The position numbers and the translations under genes are program-made. Shown one piece after another: positions 1 through 14,751 of a stretch of DNA of 64,000 bases. Source of the DNA: Eledone cirrhosa (taxonomy: Eukaryota); NCBI GenBank assembly GCA_964016885.1, contig OZ024746.1:99572001-99636000 (forward strand). Direction: 5' to 3'. The notes beneath the pieces are model-generated. The model was not told the DNA's origin. It saw nothing but the letters and a program-made list of their open reading frames with translations, and ran no database searches. How positions within the stretch are numbered: position 1 is the stretch's first letter; each line of letters begins with the position of its first letter.

Positions 1-3000
1 TTCACTCCAGCTAATGTCCACCACCACTGATTCACCCCACCTAATGTCCACCACCACTGATTCACTCCACCTAATGTCCACCACACCACCACTGATTCAC
101 TCCACCTAATGTCCACCACACCACCACTGATTCACTCCAACTAATGTCCACCACACCACCACAGATTCACTCCACCTAATGTCCACCACACCACCACTGA
201 TTCACTCCACCTAATGTCCACCACACCACCACAGATTCACTCCACCTAATGTCCACCACCACTGATTCACCCCACCTAATGTCCACCACCACTGATTCAC
301 TCCACCTAATGTCCACCACACCACCACTGATTCACCCCACCTAATGTCCACCACCACTGATTCACTCCACCTAATGTCCACCACACCACCACTGATTCAC
401 TCCACCTAATGTCCACCACACCACCACTGATTCACTCCACCTAATGTCCACCACACCACCACTGATTCACTCCACCTAATGTCCACCACCACTGATTCAC
501 TCCACCTAATGTCCACCACACCACCACTGATTCACTCCACCTAATGTCCACCACACCACCACTGATTCACTCCACCTAATGTCCACTACCACTGATTCAC
601 TCCACCTAATGTCCACCGCACCACCACTGATTCACTCCACCTAATGTCCACCACCACTGATTCACTCCACCTAATGTCCACCACACCACCACTGATTCAC
701 TCCACCTAATGTCCACCACCACTGATTCACTCCACCTAATGTCCACCACACCACCACTGATTAACTCCACCTAATGTCCACCGCACCACCACTGATTAAC
801 TCCACCTAATGTCCACCGCACCACCACTGATTCACTCCACCTAATGTCCACCACCACTGATTAACTCCACCTAATGTCCACCGCACCACCACTGATTCAC
901 TCCACCTAATGTCCACCACCACTGATTCACTCCACCTAATGTCCATCACACCACCACTGATTCACTCCACCTAATGTCCACCACACCACCACTGATTCAC
1001 TCCACCTAATGTCCACCACCACTGATTCACTCCACCTAATGTCCACCACCACTGATTCACTCCACCTAATGTCCACCACACCACCACTGATTCACTCCAC
1101 CTAATGTCCACCACCACTGATTCACTCCACCTAATGTCCACCACACCACCACTGATTCACTCCACCTAATGTCCACCACACCACCACTGATTCACTCCAC
1201 CTAATGTCCACCACCACTGATTCACTCCACCTAATGTCCACCACCACTGATTCACTCCACCTAATGTCCACCACACCACCACTGATTCACTCCACCTAAT
1301 GTCCACCACCACTGATTCACTCCACCTAATGTCCACCACCACTGATTCACTCCACCTAATGTCCACCACACCACCACTGATTCACTCCACCTAATGTCCA
1401 CCACCACTGATTCACTCCACCTAATGTCCACCACACCACCACTGATTCACTCCACCTAATGTCCACCACACCACCACTGATTCACTCCACCTAATGTCCA
1501 CTACCACTGATTCACTCCACCTAATGTCCACCGCACCACCACTGATTCACTCCACCTAATGTCCACCACCACTGATTCACTCCACCTAATGTCCACCACA
1601 CCACCACTGATTCACTCCACCTAATGTCCACCACACCACCACTGATTCACTCCACCTAATGTCCACCACCACTGATTCACTCCACCTAATGTCCACCACC
1701 ACTGATTCACTCCACCTAATGTCCACCACACCACCACTGATTCACTCCACCTAATGTCCACCACACCACCACTGATTCACTCCACCTAATGTCCACCACC
1801 ACTGATTCACTCCACCTAATGTCCACCACCACTGATTCACTCCACCTAATGTCCACCACACCACCACTGATTCACTCCACCTAATGTCCACCACCACTGA
1901 TTCACTCCACCTAATGTCCACCACACCACCACTGATTCACTCCACCTAATGTCCACCACACCACCACTGATTCACTCCACCTAATGTCCACTACCACTGA
2001 TTCACTCCACCTAATGTCCACCGCACCACCACTGATTCACTCCACCTAATGTCCACCACCACTGATTCACTCCACCTAATGTCCACCACACCACCACTGA
2101 TTCACTCAACCTAATGTCCACCACCACTGATTCACTCCACCTAATGTCCACCACACCACCACTGATTAACTCCACCTAATGTCCACCGCACCACCACTGA
2201 TTAACTCCACCTAATGTCCACCGCACCACCACTGATTCACTCCACCTAATGTCCACCACCACTGATTAACTCCACCTAATGTCCACCGCACCACCACTGA
2301 TTCACTCCACCTAATGTCCACCACCACTGATTCACTCCACCTAATGTCCATCACACCACCACTGATTCACTCCACCTAATGTCCACCACACCACCACTGA
2401 TTCACTCCACCTAATGTCCACCACCACTGATTCACTCCACCTAATGTCCACCGCACCACCACTGATTCACTCCACCTAATGTCCACCACCACTGATTCAC
2501 TCCACCTAATGTCCACCACCACTGATTCACTCCACCTAATGTCCACCACACCACCACTGATTCACTCCACCTAATGTCCACCACCACTGATTCACTCCAC
2601 CTAATGTCCACCACCACTGATTCACTCCACCTAATGTCCACCACCACTGATTCACTCTACCTAATGTCCACCATACCACCACTGATTCACTCCACCTAAT
2701 GTCCACCACCACTGATTCACTCCACCTAATGTCCACCACACCACCACTGATTCACTCCACCTAATGTCCACCACACCACCACTGATTCACTCCACCTAAT
2801 GTCCACCACCACTGATTCACTCCACCTAATGTCCACCACACCACCACTGATTCACCCCACCTAATGTCCACCACCACTGATTCACTCCACCTAATGTCCA
2901 CCACACCACCACTGATTCACTCCACCTAATGTCCACCACACCACCACTGATTCACTCCACCTAATGTCCACCACACCACCACAGATTCACTCCACCTAAT

Positions 3001-6000
3001 GTCCACCACACCACCACTGATTCACTCCACCTAATGTCCACCACACCACCACTGATTCACTCCACCTAATGTCCACCACCACTGATTCACTCCACCTAAT
3101 GTCCACCACACCACCACTGATTCACCCCACCTAATGTCCACCACCACTGATTCACTCCACCTAATGTCCACCACACCACCACTGATTGACTCCACCTAAT
3201 GTCCACCACACCACCACTGATTCACTCCACCTAATGTCCACCACCACTGATTCACTCCACCTAATGTCCACCACACCACCACTGATTCACCCCACCTAAT
3301 GTCCACCACCACTGATTCACTCCACCTAATGTCCACCACACCACCACAGATTCACTCCACCTAATGTCCACCACACCACCACTGATTCACTCCACCTAAT
3401 GTCCACCACCACTGATTCACTCCACCTAATGTCCACCACACCACCACTGATTCACTCCACCTAATGTCCACCACACCACCACAGATTCACTCCAGCTAAT
3501 GTCCACCACCACTGATTCACCCCACCTAATGTCCACCACCACTGATTCACTCCACCTAATGTCCACCACACCACCACTGATTCACTCCACCTAATGTCCA
3601 CCACACCACCACTGATTCACTCCAACTAATGTCCACCACACCACCACAGATTCACTCCACCTAATGTCCACCACACCACCACTGATTCACTCCACCTAAT
3701 GTCCACCACACCACCACAGATTCACTCCACCTAATGTCCACCACCACTGATTCACCCCACCTAATGTCCACCACCACTGATTCACTCCACCTAATGTCCA
3801 CCACACCACCACTGATTCACCCCACCTAATGTCCACCACCACTGATTCACTCCACCTAATGTCCACCACACCACCACTGATTCACTCCACCTAATGTCCA
3901 CCACACCACCACTGATTCACTCCACCTAATGTCCACCACACCACCACTGATTCACTCCACCTAATGTCCACCACCACTGATTCACTCCACCTAATGTCCA
4001 CCACACCACCACTGATTCACTCCACCTAATGTCCACCACACCACCACTGATTCACTCCACCTAATGTCCACTACCACTGATTCACTCCACCTAATGTCCA
4101 CCGCACCACCACTGATTCACTCCACCTAATGTCCACCACCACTGATTCACTCCACCTAATGTCCACCACACCACCACTGATTCACTCCACCTAATGTCCA
4201 CCACCACTGATTCACTCCACCTAATGTCCACCACACCACCACTGATTAACTCCACCTAATGTCCACCGCACCACCACTGATTAACTCCACCTAATGTCCA
4301 CCGCACCACCACTGATTCACTCCACCTAATGTCCACCACCACTGATTAACTCCACCTAATGTCCACCGCACCACCACTGATTCACTCCACCTAATGTCCA
4401 CCACCACTGATTCACTCCACCTAATGTCCATCACACCACCACTGATTCACTCCACCTAATGTCCACCACACCACCACTGATTCACTCCACCTAATGTCCA
4501 CCACCACTGATTCACTCCACCTAATGTCCACCGCACCACCACTGATTCACTCCACCTAATGTCCACCACCACTGATTCACTCCACCTAATGTCCACCACC
4601 ACTGATTCACTCCACCTAATGTCCACCACACCACCACTGATTCACTCCACCTAATGTCCACCACCACTGATTCACTCCACCTAATGTCCACCACCACTGA
4701 TTCACTCCACCTAATGTCCACCACCACTGATTCACTCTACCTAATGTCCACCATACCACCACTGATTCACTCCACCTAATGTCCACCACCACTGATTCAC
4801 TCCACCTAATGTCCACCACACCACCACTGATTCACTCCACCTAATGTCCACCACACCACCACTGATTCACTCCACCTAATGTCCACCACCACTGATTCAC
4901 TCCACCTAATGTCCACCACACCACCACTGATTCACCCCACCTAATGTCCACCACCACTGATTCACTCCACCTAATGTCCACCACACCACCACTGATTCAC
5001 TCCACCTAATGTCCACCACACCACCACTGATTCACTCCACCTAATGTCCACCACACCACCACAGATTCACTCCACCTAATGTCCACCACACCACCACTGA
5101 TTCACTCCACCTAATGTCCACCACACCACCACTGATTCACTCCACCTAATGTCCACCACCACTGATTCACTCCACCTAATGTCCACCACACCACCACTGA
5201 TTCACCCCACCTAATGTCCACCACCACTGATTCACTCCACCTAATGTCCACCACACCACCACTGATTGACTCCACCTAATGTCCACCACACCACCACTGA
5301 TTCACTCCACCTAATGTCCACCACCACTGATTCACTCCACCTAATGTCCACCACACCACCACTGATTCACCCCACCTAATGTCCACCACCACTGATTCAC
5401 TCCACCTAATGTCCACCACACCACCACAGATTCACTCCACCTAATGTCCACCACACCACCACTGATTCACTCCACCTAATGTCCACCACCACTGATTCAC
5501 TCCACCTAATGTCCACCACACCACCACTGATTCACTCCACCTAATGTCCACCACACCACCACAGATTCACTCCAGCTAATGTCCACCACCACTGATTCAC
5601 CCCACCTAATGTCCACCACCACTGATTCACTCCACCTAATGTCCACCACACCACCACTGATTCACTCCACCTAATGTCCACCACACCACCACTGATTCAC
5701 TCCAACTAATGTCCACCACACCACCACAGATTCACTCCACCTAATGTCCACCACACCACCACTGATTCACTCCACCTAATGTCCACCACACCACCACAGA
5801 TTCACTCCACCTAATGTCCACCACCACTGATTCACCCCACCTAATGTCCACCACCACTGATTCACTCCACCTAATGTCCACCACACCACCACTGATTCAC
5901 CCCACCTAATGTCCACCACCACTGATTCACTCCACCTAATGTCCACCACACCACCACTGATTCACTCCACCTAATGTCCACCACACCACCACTGATTCAC

Positions 6001-8980
6001 TCCACCTAATGTCCACCACACCACCACTGATTCACTCCACCTAATGTCCACCACACCACCACTGATTCACTCCACCTAATGTCCACCACACCACCACTGA
6101 TTCACTCCACCTAATGTCCACCACACCACCACTGATTCACTCCACCTAATGTCCACCACCACTGATTCACTCCACCTAATGTCCACCACACCACCACAGA
6201 TTCACTCCACCTAATGTCCACCACACCACCACTGATTCACTCCACCTAATGTCCACCACCACTGATTCACTCCACCTAATGTCCACCACACCACCACAGA
6301 TTCACTCCACCTAATGTCCACCACACCACCACTGATTCACTCCACCTAATGTCCACCACCACAGATTCACTCCACCTAATGTCCACCACCACTGATTCAC
6401 CCCACCTAATGTCCACCACCACTGATTCACTCCACCTAATGTCCACCACACCACCACCGATTCACTCCACCTCATGTCCACCACCACTGATTCACCCCAC
6501 CTAATGTCCACCACACCACCACAGATTCACTCCACCTAATGTCCACCACCACAGATTCACTCCACCTAATGTCCACCACCACTGATTCACCCCACCTAAT
6601 GTCCACCACCACTGATTCACTCCACCTAATGTCCACCACACCACCACCGATTCACCCCACCTAATGTCCACCACCACTGATTCACTCCACCTAATGTCCA
6701 CCACACCACCACTGATTCACTCAACCTAATGTCCACCACCACTGATTCACTCCACCTAATGTCCACCACCACTGATTCACTCCACCTAATGTCCACCACA
6801 CCACCACCGATTCACCCCACCTAATGTCCACCACCACTGATTCACTCCACCTAATGTCCACCACACCACCACTGATTCACTCCACCTAATGTCCACCACA
6901 CCACCACAGATTCACTCCACCTAATGTCCACCACCACTGATTCACCCCACCTAATGTCCACCACCACTGATTCACTCCACCTAATGTCCACCACACCACC
7001 ACTGATTCACTCCACCTAATGTCCACCACACCACCACTGATTCACTCCACCTAATGTCCACCACACCACCACTGATTCACTCCACCTAATGTCCATCACA
7101 CCACCACAGATTCACTCCACCTAATGTCCACCACCACTGATTCACCCCACCTAATGTCCACCACCACTGATTCACTCCACCTAATGTCCACCACACCACC
7201 ACTGATTCACTCCACCTAATGTCCACCACCACTGATTCACTCCACCTAATGTCCACCACCACTGATTCACTCCACCTAATGTCCACCACACCACCACAGA
7301 TTCACTCCACCTAATGTCCACCACACCACCACTGATCCACTCTACCTAATGTCCACCACCACTGATTCACTCCACCTAACGTCCACCACACCACCACAGA
7401 TTCACTCCACCTAATGTCCACCACCACTGATTCACCCCACCTAATGTCCACCACCACTGATTCACTCCACCTAATGTCCACCACACCACCACTGATCCAC
7501 TCTACCTAATGTCCACCACACCACCACTGATTCACTCCACCTAATGTCCACCACACCACCACTGATTCACTCCACCTAATGTCCACCACACCACCACAGA
7601 TTCACTCCACCTAATGTCCACCACCACAGATTCACTCCACCTAATGTCCACCACCACAGATTCACTCCACCTAATGTCCACCACACCACCACTGATTCAC
7701 TCCACCTAATGTCCACCACACCACCACTGATTCACTCCACCTAATGTCCACCACCACAGATTCACTCCACCTAATGTCCACCACCACTGATTCACTCCAC
7801 CTCATGTCCACCACCACTGATTCACTCCCCTAATGTCCACCACCACTGATTCACACTACCTAATGCCCACCACCACTGATTCACTCCACCTAATGCCCAC
7901 CACCACTGATTCACTCCACCTAATGCCCACCACCACTGATTCACTCCACCTAATGTCCACCACCACTGATTCACTCCACCTAATGTCCACCACCACTGAT
8001 TCACTCCACCTAATGTCCACCACACCACCACTTATTCACCCCTCCTAATGTCCACCACACCACCACTGATTCACTCCACCTGATGTCCACCACACCACCA
8101 CTGATTCACTCCACCTAATGTCCACCACACCACCACTGATTCACTCCACCTAATGTCCACCACACCATCACTGATTCACTCCACCTAATGTCCACCACAC
8201 CACCACTGATTCACTCCACCTAATGTCCACCACCACTGATTCACTCCACCTAATGTCCACCACACCACCACTGATTCACTCCACCTAATGTCCACCACCA
8301 CTGATTCATTCCACCTAATGTCCACCACACCACCACTGATTCACTCTACCTAATGCCCACCACCACTGATTCACTCCACCTAATGTCCACCACCACTGAT
8401 TCACTCCACCTAATGCCCACCACCACTGATTCACTCCACCTAATGTCCACCACCACTGATTCACTCCACCTAATGTCCACCACCACTGATTCACTCTACC
8501 TAATGTCCACCACACCACCACTGATTCACTCCACCTAATGTCCACCACACCACCACTTATTCACCCCTCCTAATGTCCACCACACCACCACTGATTCACT
8601 CCACCTGATGTCCACCACACCACCACTGATTCACTCCACCTAATGTCCACCACACCACCACTGATTCACTCCACCTAATGTCCACCACACCATCACTGAT
8701 TCACTCCACCTAATGTCCACCACACCACCACTGATTCACTCCACCTAATGTCCACCACCACTGATTCACTCCACCTAATGTCCACCACACCACCACTGAT
8801 TCACTCCACCTAATGTCCACCACCACTGATTCATTCCACCTAATGTCCACCACACCACCACTGATTCACTCTACCTAATGCCCACCACCACTGATTCACT
8901 CCACCTAATGTCCACCACCACTGATTCACTCCACCTAATCTCCACCACCACTGATTCACTCTACATAATGTCCACCACCA
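1..8980. repeat. Satellite/minisatellite of mixed 30-bp and 35-bp units (CCACTGATTCACTCCACCTAATGTCCACCA +/- CACCA), runs off the left edge
   Basis: Continuous tandem units seen directly; variant markers recur at 2080-bp spacing (TCCAGCTAAT at 3491 and 5571; identical ORF artefacts at 2441/4521 and 2536/4616). Probably lies in an SLC7 intron. Confidence 0.97.
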
Positions 8981-9489
8981 ACCGGATGTGAACACTATGA
9001 CAGCAACAACACAATCAAAGATTCCTCGTGCACGCAGGTCTCGGCACTGTCATTTCCGCTCACACATCACAAAATAATAATAACAATACAATTCCGAAAC
9101 ATTCCTACCCAATCTCCACCACTGCCACGTAAAAAGTAAAACAAAAAACTGAAAGCCGACTTGAGCCTTCCAACGGACTTAAAACGACTGCCTGGAAGGG
9201 ACAATTGTCTCCGTAGGTGTACCGCCTTCACTCCGTCAACAGAAACCTCCCCCATCACTTATTCGGGAAACCGGCAACATTCATCTCTGTTTAATATAAA
9301 TTATTTTAAACTTTAGTTAACACTCGTGATTAAATTTTAGCTTGTGTAATTTTCCATAATTATTCTTTTATGGCCTTGGTCCGGCCCGCTATCCGTCATT
9401 AATACTCGGCCCGTGGCGGCAAAGAAGTTGCCTACCCCTGATGTAGACAAACATCTAACATACTCAAGTTGTTGGGTAATTTCCGCGGA

Positions 9490-9690
9490 ACAAACTGTGA
9501 TGGGGGTGTTCCATAAAGTGATCTGCCAATCGGTGACCGGTTTGACCAATGTAGAGGGCTTCATACTAGAAATACCTTAGGTAGTAGATGAGGTTAAAGG
9601 AGATAGCCAGAAATATAGAAGTAGGGATTACTGGGTCCATTGATGGTTGTAGTGTTAGTGATGAAGGGACATGTGTAATAATGGAGCCGG
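9490..9690 (-). mobile_element. Penelope-like retroelement remnant, GIY-YIG endonuclease region (frameshifted, with stop)
   Basis: Manual minus-strand translation gives TCPFITNTTTINGPSNPYF then, after a frameshift, FNLIYYLRYF*YEALYIGQTGHRLADHFMEH. This matches the NLIY..C..C...YIG(Q/E)TG.RL..RF.EH motif of PLE GIY-YIG domains. Confidence 0.8.
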
Positions 9691-9989
9691 GAGCAAAGTT
9701 CAGATCCACGCGTGGTCCGTTAATGCTGTACGGATATTTTGTGTTGCTACCTTGCACACATCTCTTTTCACAACCTGTTACCTTTGTTATCACATTCAAA
9801 AATGTTTTGTTTTTCAGCGACATGTTTTTCTTAATGTTTTAGCTGTAGGTACTTAATATCTTGAGGCGGGGAATTGACTGGAGGTTATTCTTCCTCTATA
9901 TCTCTTTCTCACTATCTATTTGTTGGTAGAAAGCACATTGTCCGACGTTCTACTGACTCTGCCTTTCCACCACCATTACCATAATAAAT

Positions 9990-10170
9990 AATTGTTTCTT
10001 CTTTTGGCACAAGGCCAGCATTTATCCCAGTGCATTACTTGTACTTTATTTTATCGACCCCTTAAGGATGAAAGGCAAAGTTAACCTCGGCGGGACTTGA
10101 AATCAAACCGTAAAGGGGCGTAACTCTATGTTGCAAAACATGGCGACCGACTCTCTCCCGATTCTGCCAA
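9990..10170 (-). mobile_element. tRNA-derived SINE (octopod-type), degenerate copy
   Basis: Reverse complement of the window's dominant SINE (TTTATTTTATCGACCCC...GGATGAAAGGCAAAGTTAACCTCGGCGGG). Confidence 0.85.
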
Positions 10171-10397
10171 CGTTTAAATAATGGCCACGAAATACCGTAC
10201 GTCAATATGGCACCCTTACGAATACAGCAGGAGTCACGGGTACATACAATAAAAATATCTAATATATTTACTATTATCAAATGTTAGAGAAAGAAGAGCT
10301 AAATGGGTTTTTTTAGTCTCTTCTACTAAAACTAATTCACTTACGACTGCAGCGGTTCTGACCAGAATGAAGCTAAACAAGCTAGGTATATTTAATA

Positions 10398-10745
10398 GAG
10401 GCGGCAAATTGGCAGAGTCGTTAGAACGTCGGATGGAATTCTTTGCAGTATTCGTCCGACCCTCTGCTCTCAGTGTTCAAATCCCATCGAGTTCAACTTT
10501 GCCTTTCATTCTTATAAGGTCGATGAAAAAGTATCAGTCTGTTACTAGAGTCAATTCTTCCTCTATATATATTTCTCAATTCTATTCTTTCACTCTCTCT
10601 CTCTCTCTCTCTCTACTCTTCTCTGGCAGAAATCTTCTGGAGAGAAGATGGGCTCCGTTAGGTTTAAAAAGTCCCGAGAAACACCGCATGTGAATATGGT
10701 GCCATTACGACTGCCGGAGAGTTACACAACCATACATGCATACTT
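10398..10745 (+). mobile_element. SINE variant with the common head and an alternative 3' tail
   Basis: Head GGCGGCAAATTGGCAGAGTCGTTAGAACG...GTTCAAATCCC; tail GATGGGCTCCGTTAGGTTTAAAA shared with 45650-45985 (+) and 18610-18850 (-). Confidence 0.7.
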
Positions 10746-10971
10746 ATGAGAGCACTGACACTACCATTTTGTGATATAACTTTCTCTATTATTTAACATA
10801 CGTTATTATGAAGTTTTTTTTTTTAAAGAAACAATTTAACTCTTCCTTTGCACTGCTCACAAAATAATCATCTTACATTGGACGGAAAATGAGTAGCTAT
10901 TGAAGATTATGTTGTCAAATGAAAAATAACATGGAATAGACGTGGAAATATATTTTAAAATAAGATCTTAC

Positions 10972-11097
10972 CTGTTGCAAGTTTGTAAATCCCTCCACCA
11001 GAGATGATAGCAATGGCTAGTAACTTTGCAAATGTCAAAACATTTTGAACCATTGTTGCTACTCGAACACTCCATGCGTTTATAAATGCAATGAGTA
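10972..11097 (-). CDS. SLC7A9: SLC7 (LAT/b(0,+)AT-type) amino-acid transporter light chain, internal exon (126 nt)
   Basis: Acceptor ...tttctag|TA CTC ATT, donor ACA G|gtaaga; encodes (L)LIAFINAWSVRVATMVQNVLTFAKLLAIAIISGGGIYKLAT(G), a typical LAT-family TM segment, in frame with the 14146-14409 exon. Paralogue assignment (SLC7A9-like) is approximate. Confidence 0.93.
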
Positions 11098-11419
11098 CTA
11101 GAAATAAAAGAAACAAAAACAGAATTAACACTCCATGTGACAAAATGAAGTGTTTTGCTCAAGAACGCAACACAACAAGCGCTGGATTTAATGGGGGGGG
11201 GGGGGCAATTGCCCCGGGCTCCTTGAAGTGGGGGACCCAACCAGCGACGGCTGGACCAATTTATTCTTGCAATCAGTTGGGCTTTTTAGTTTTAGGATGG
11301 TTAAAATTTTTGAATCTAATACCTGTATGTATAACTTTTCAATTCCAATTACTTGCGCCAAGTTAACTTTGATATGTAAAATTGGGGGTTTTGCTGTGTA
11401 TTATTATTTTTTTTTTTTG

Positions 11420-11612
11420 TGGGTGGTGGATTCGCAGTATCGGTAGAACGTCAGACACCATGCTTTGCAGCATAGAGTTATAGCCCTTTACGTTCTGAGT
11501 TCAAATCCCGCCGAGGCTAACTTTGCCCGTCATCCCTACAGGGTCGATAAAATAAAGTTCCAGTTATGCACTGGGGTAATTGCTGACCTTGTGCCAAAAG
11601 TAGAAACAATTA
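11420..11612 (+). mobile_element. tRNA-derived SINE (octopod-type)
   Basis: GGTGGATTCGCAGTATCGGTAGA (A-box-like)...GAGTTCAAATCCC (B-box-like)...GTGCCAAAAGTAGAAACAATTATT. Confidence 0.88.
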
Positions 11613-12219
11613 TTATTTTTTGTGTATGAGGGAGCCCGAAAACTGAAGTGCCCAATGACCCCTGAGGTTCAAGTCCAACCCTGCACACAACCCAGTCCAA
11701 GAATCGAACCCCGTAATTCCAATACTTGCGCCTCCAGTTGTGTAAAATTGCAAGGAGATCATTTTGGGGTTTTAGTTTCGAATATCACTGGTTGTTTATG
11801 TGATCTAGTGGTTAGGGTGGTGGACTCACGATCATACGGTCATGGATTCGATTTCTGTGTGTTGTATCCCTGAGCAAACTACTTTATTTCTCACTGCTGC
11901 CTTTGCCAGAAATTGTGATCAATAACAGTACTAGCAATGACAAGATCAATGGGAACATTGTTTTCTTAGTTCGATATGGCGATCGGCTCCTTTATTTTTT
12001 TTTTTTTTCATTTATATTTGGGAAAAAATATACATGAGAAGATTAATAAGACTATGGGGGTATATTTGACTGGTACTCCAACAAATAAAGCCTTAGATAT
12101 ATCACGATGTACAGGATAGAAAAACCCTCTTCGGTCACGTGTGACTTTGGGTTTTTGTCTCTGGAAAGTTCCCCTCCGAGGCCCAAATCCGGGAAAAGTG
12201 ATTTTGTGGTGGATTAGAG

Positions 12220-12450
12220 TCACCCACGCATACCAGTTTCCATTCTCTACACGACCAATGTTGTCCAGAGGAAAGGTTAAGGCCGGAACAACTTGGCACC
12301 GGTGACATCGCAACTCATTTCTACAACTGAGTAAACTGGAGCAGCGTGAAATAAAGTGTCTTGCTCAAGGAGAGAGTGTACCTCACGGTTGGGGAATCGA
12401 ACTCACAACCTCAAGATTGCACTAACAACTAACCCACGAGCCTTCATATA
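12220..12450 (-). mobile_element. Second tRNA-derived SINE family, partial
   Basis: ACTGGAGCAGCGTGAAATAAAGTGTCTTGCTCAAGGA...GGAATCGAACTCACAACC; homologous to 44100-44390 (-) and 55368-55500 (+). Confidence 0.7.
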
Positions 12451-12489
12451 ATAAAATAAACACATAGTATTTCTCTTGTTCATCTACAC

Positions 12490-13410
<921 letters not shown>

Positions 13411-13840
13411 ACAGGGGGTGCGTGTGAGAAAGCTTAAAAATACATAATAGTAATTTACATAACTGTTAGAGATTCAAATAATTTAAATTATTGAAGAAAG
13501 AAGAAAGAAAGAAGAAAGACAGAGAGAAACAGATGAAGAAAAAATATAGTTACTAGAAGTATAGAAAACAAAAGAGAATAGATCAAGGATAGAGAGACAA
13601 GGAGGAACATTTTTTATAGTGTAAAGCATAAGGAGGGAGATTTGTATTGTCGTGGATGAATAGGGTGTGATTAGATGATGCAAAACTATATATATCTATA
13701 TAAATACATGAATATACATTTGGGCATAGCTTTGTGAAAGAGTAAACTCGAATTTTTGAATTATCTATAAGTATCCATCAATCTAAATATTAAATATATC
13801 TGGGTGTAATAATATGAGGGTTTAATTTCTAGTCCTTAGT

Positions 13841-13960
13841 TACATCTTTTGGGGACACCCTATATATATATATATATATAGGGTGTCCCAAAAAGATGTA
13901 TACATGTATTTATTAGAATGCTGTTGAAGTATGTACACATTTGTTTGGGACACCCTGTAT
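13841..13960. mobile_element. Tc1/mariner-type MITE with an adjacent inverted terminal copy across a (TA)n tract
   Basis: TATAGGGTGTCCCAAAAAGATGTA...ACATTTGTTTGGGACACCCTGTA terminal inverted repeats with TA ends; an extra inverted TIR at 13841-13860. Confidence 0.65.
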
Positions 13961-14025
13961 ATATCGCATTGTATTGAATATATATTGCTATAATTTAGCG
14001 TTTCCTCTTTTGTTGGAAAGGGAAT

Positions 14026-14026
<1 letters not shown>

Positions 14027-14100
<74 letters not shown>

Positions 14101-14139
14101 TAGTAGTAGTAGCAGCAGTAGAAGTAGTAGTAGTAGTAG
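14027..14139. repeat. (TAG)n/(CAG)n trinucleotide repeat directly downstream of the SLC7 exon donor
   Basis: AGT/AGC repeats abut the GTAAGT donor (14140-14145, minus strand). Confidence 0.95.
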
Positions 14140-14145
14140 ACTTAC

Positions 14146-14409
14146 ACATTGCTGCAATAGTGATGAGTTTGACCACAGCATCTGGTGGGTCGCAATTTTC
14201 GTAAAATGGTTTAGCTGCATATGTTCCCAATGATAAACTAATTACTGCAAACATAGTCGGTCGGATGATGAAAAGACCAACCCAATCAAATAGAAAGCAT
14301 GGTATTCGGCCAACAAACTTTCCAAGTGGACTATAGGCGAACAGAAAGTAGGCGTGTTCGGCCCCCGATTTCGGCACACATGTTCCAAGTTCAGCATAAC
14401 TCAAAGCGC
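14146..14409 (-). CDS. SLC7A9: SLC7 (LAT/b(0,+)AT-type) amino-acid transporter light chain, internal exon (264 nt)
   Basis: Acceptor ...tttcag|GC GCT TTG, donor ATG T|gtaagt; encodes (G)ALSYAELGTCVPKSGAEHAYFLFAYSPLGKFVGRIPCFLFDWVGLFIIRPTMFAVISLSLGTYAAKPFYENCDPPDAVVKLITIAAM. Contains the GALSYAELGT..PKSG signature and the conserved PFY..C.PP cysteine that links light chains to SLC3 heavy chains. Confidence 0.95.
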
Positions 14410-14468
14410 CTGAAATATATAAAATAAAAACAAATAAGAAATGATAGAAACACAGACAGTGCGAGATC

Positions 14469-14551
14469 TATTGGGTCGTCAAGTATGAAATGTAGAGAAA
14501 TTTGTAGATAAACAAAAAATGTCTACACATTTCATACTTGACGACCCAATA
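14469..14551. mobile_element. Very short mariner-like MITE / perfect 25-bp inverted repeat
   Basis: TATTGGGTCGTCAAGTATGAAATGT ... ACATTTCATACTTGACGACCCAATA, with TA termini. Confidence 0.75.
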
Positions 14552-14751
14552 TATATACGAGACCGTAACTCTTAATTAAATATGGTCTTGATGCTTATTA
14601 CCAAGATCGATAATTGGGGATTGATACCAAACATTAATATTGATTATAAACATCATATTCTGGAATTCATGAAACATCAGTAAAATGAACTTTAGCCAAT
14701 CTTTGCTTGATTCTTTCTTTAATTGAGTACATTTATTATTTGTCGTTGTAG

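Noticed and set aside
1-8980. CRISPR-like array or repetitive ORFs (VVDIRWSES/WWTLGGVNQ)
   Set aside because: No unique spacers, only 30/35-bp tandem units; frames shift with every 35-bp unit; eukaryotic context with no cas genes.
11420-11612. tRNA genes (A/B-box motifs here and in other copies)
   Set aside because: No cloverleaf; the motifs are heads of multi-copy SINEs.
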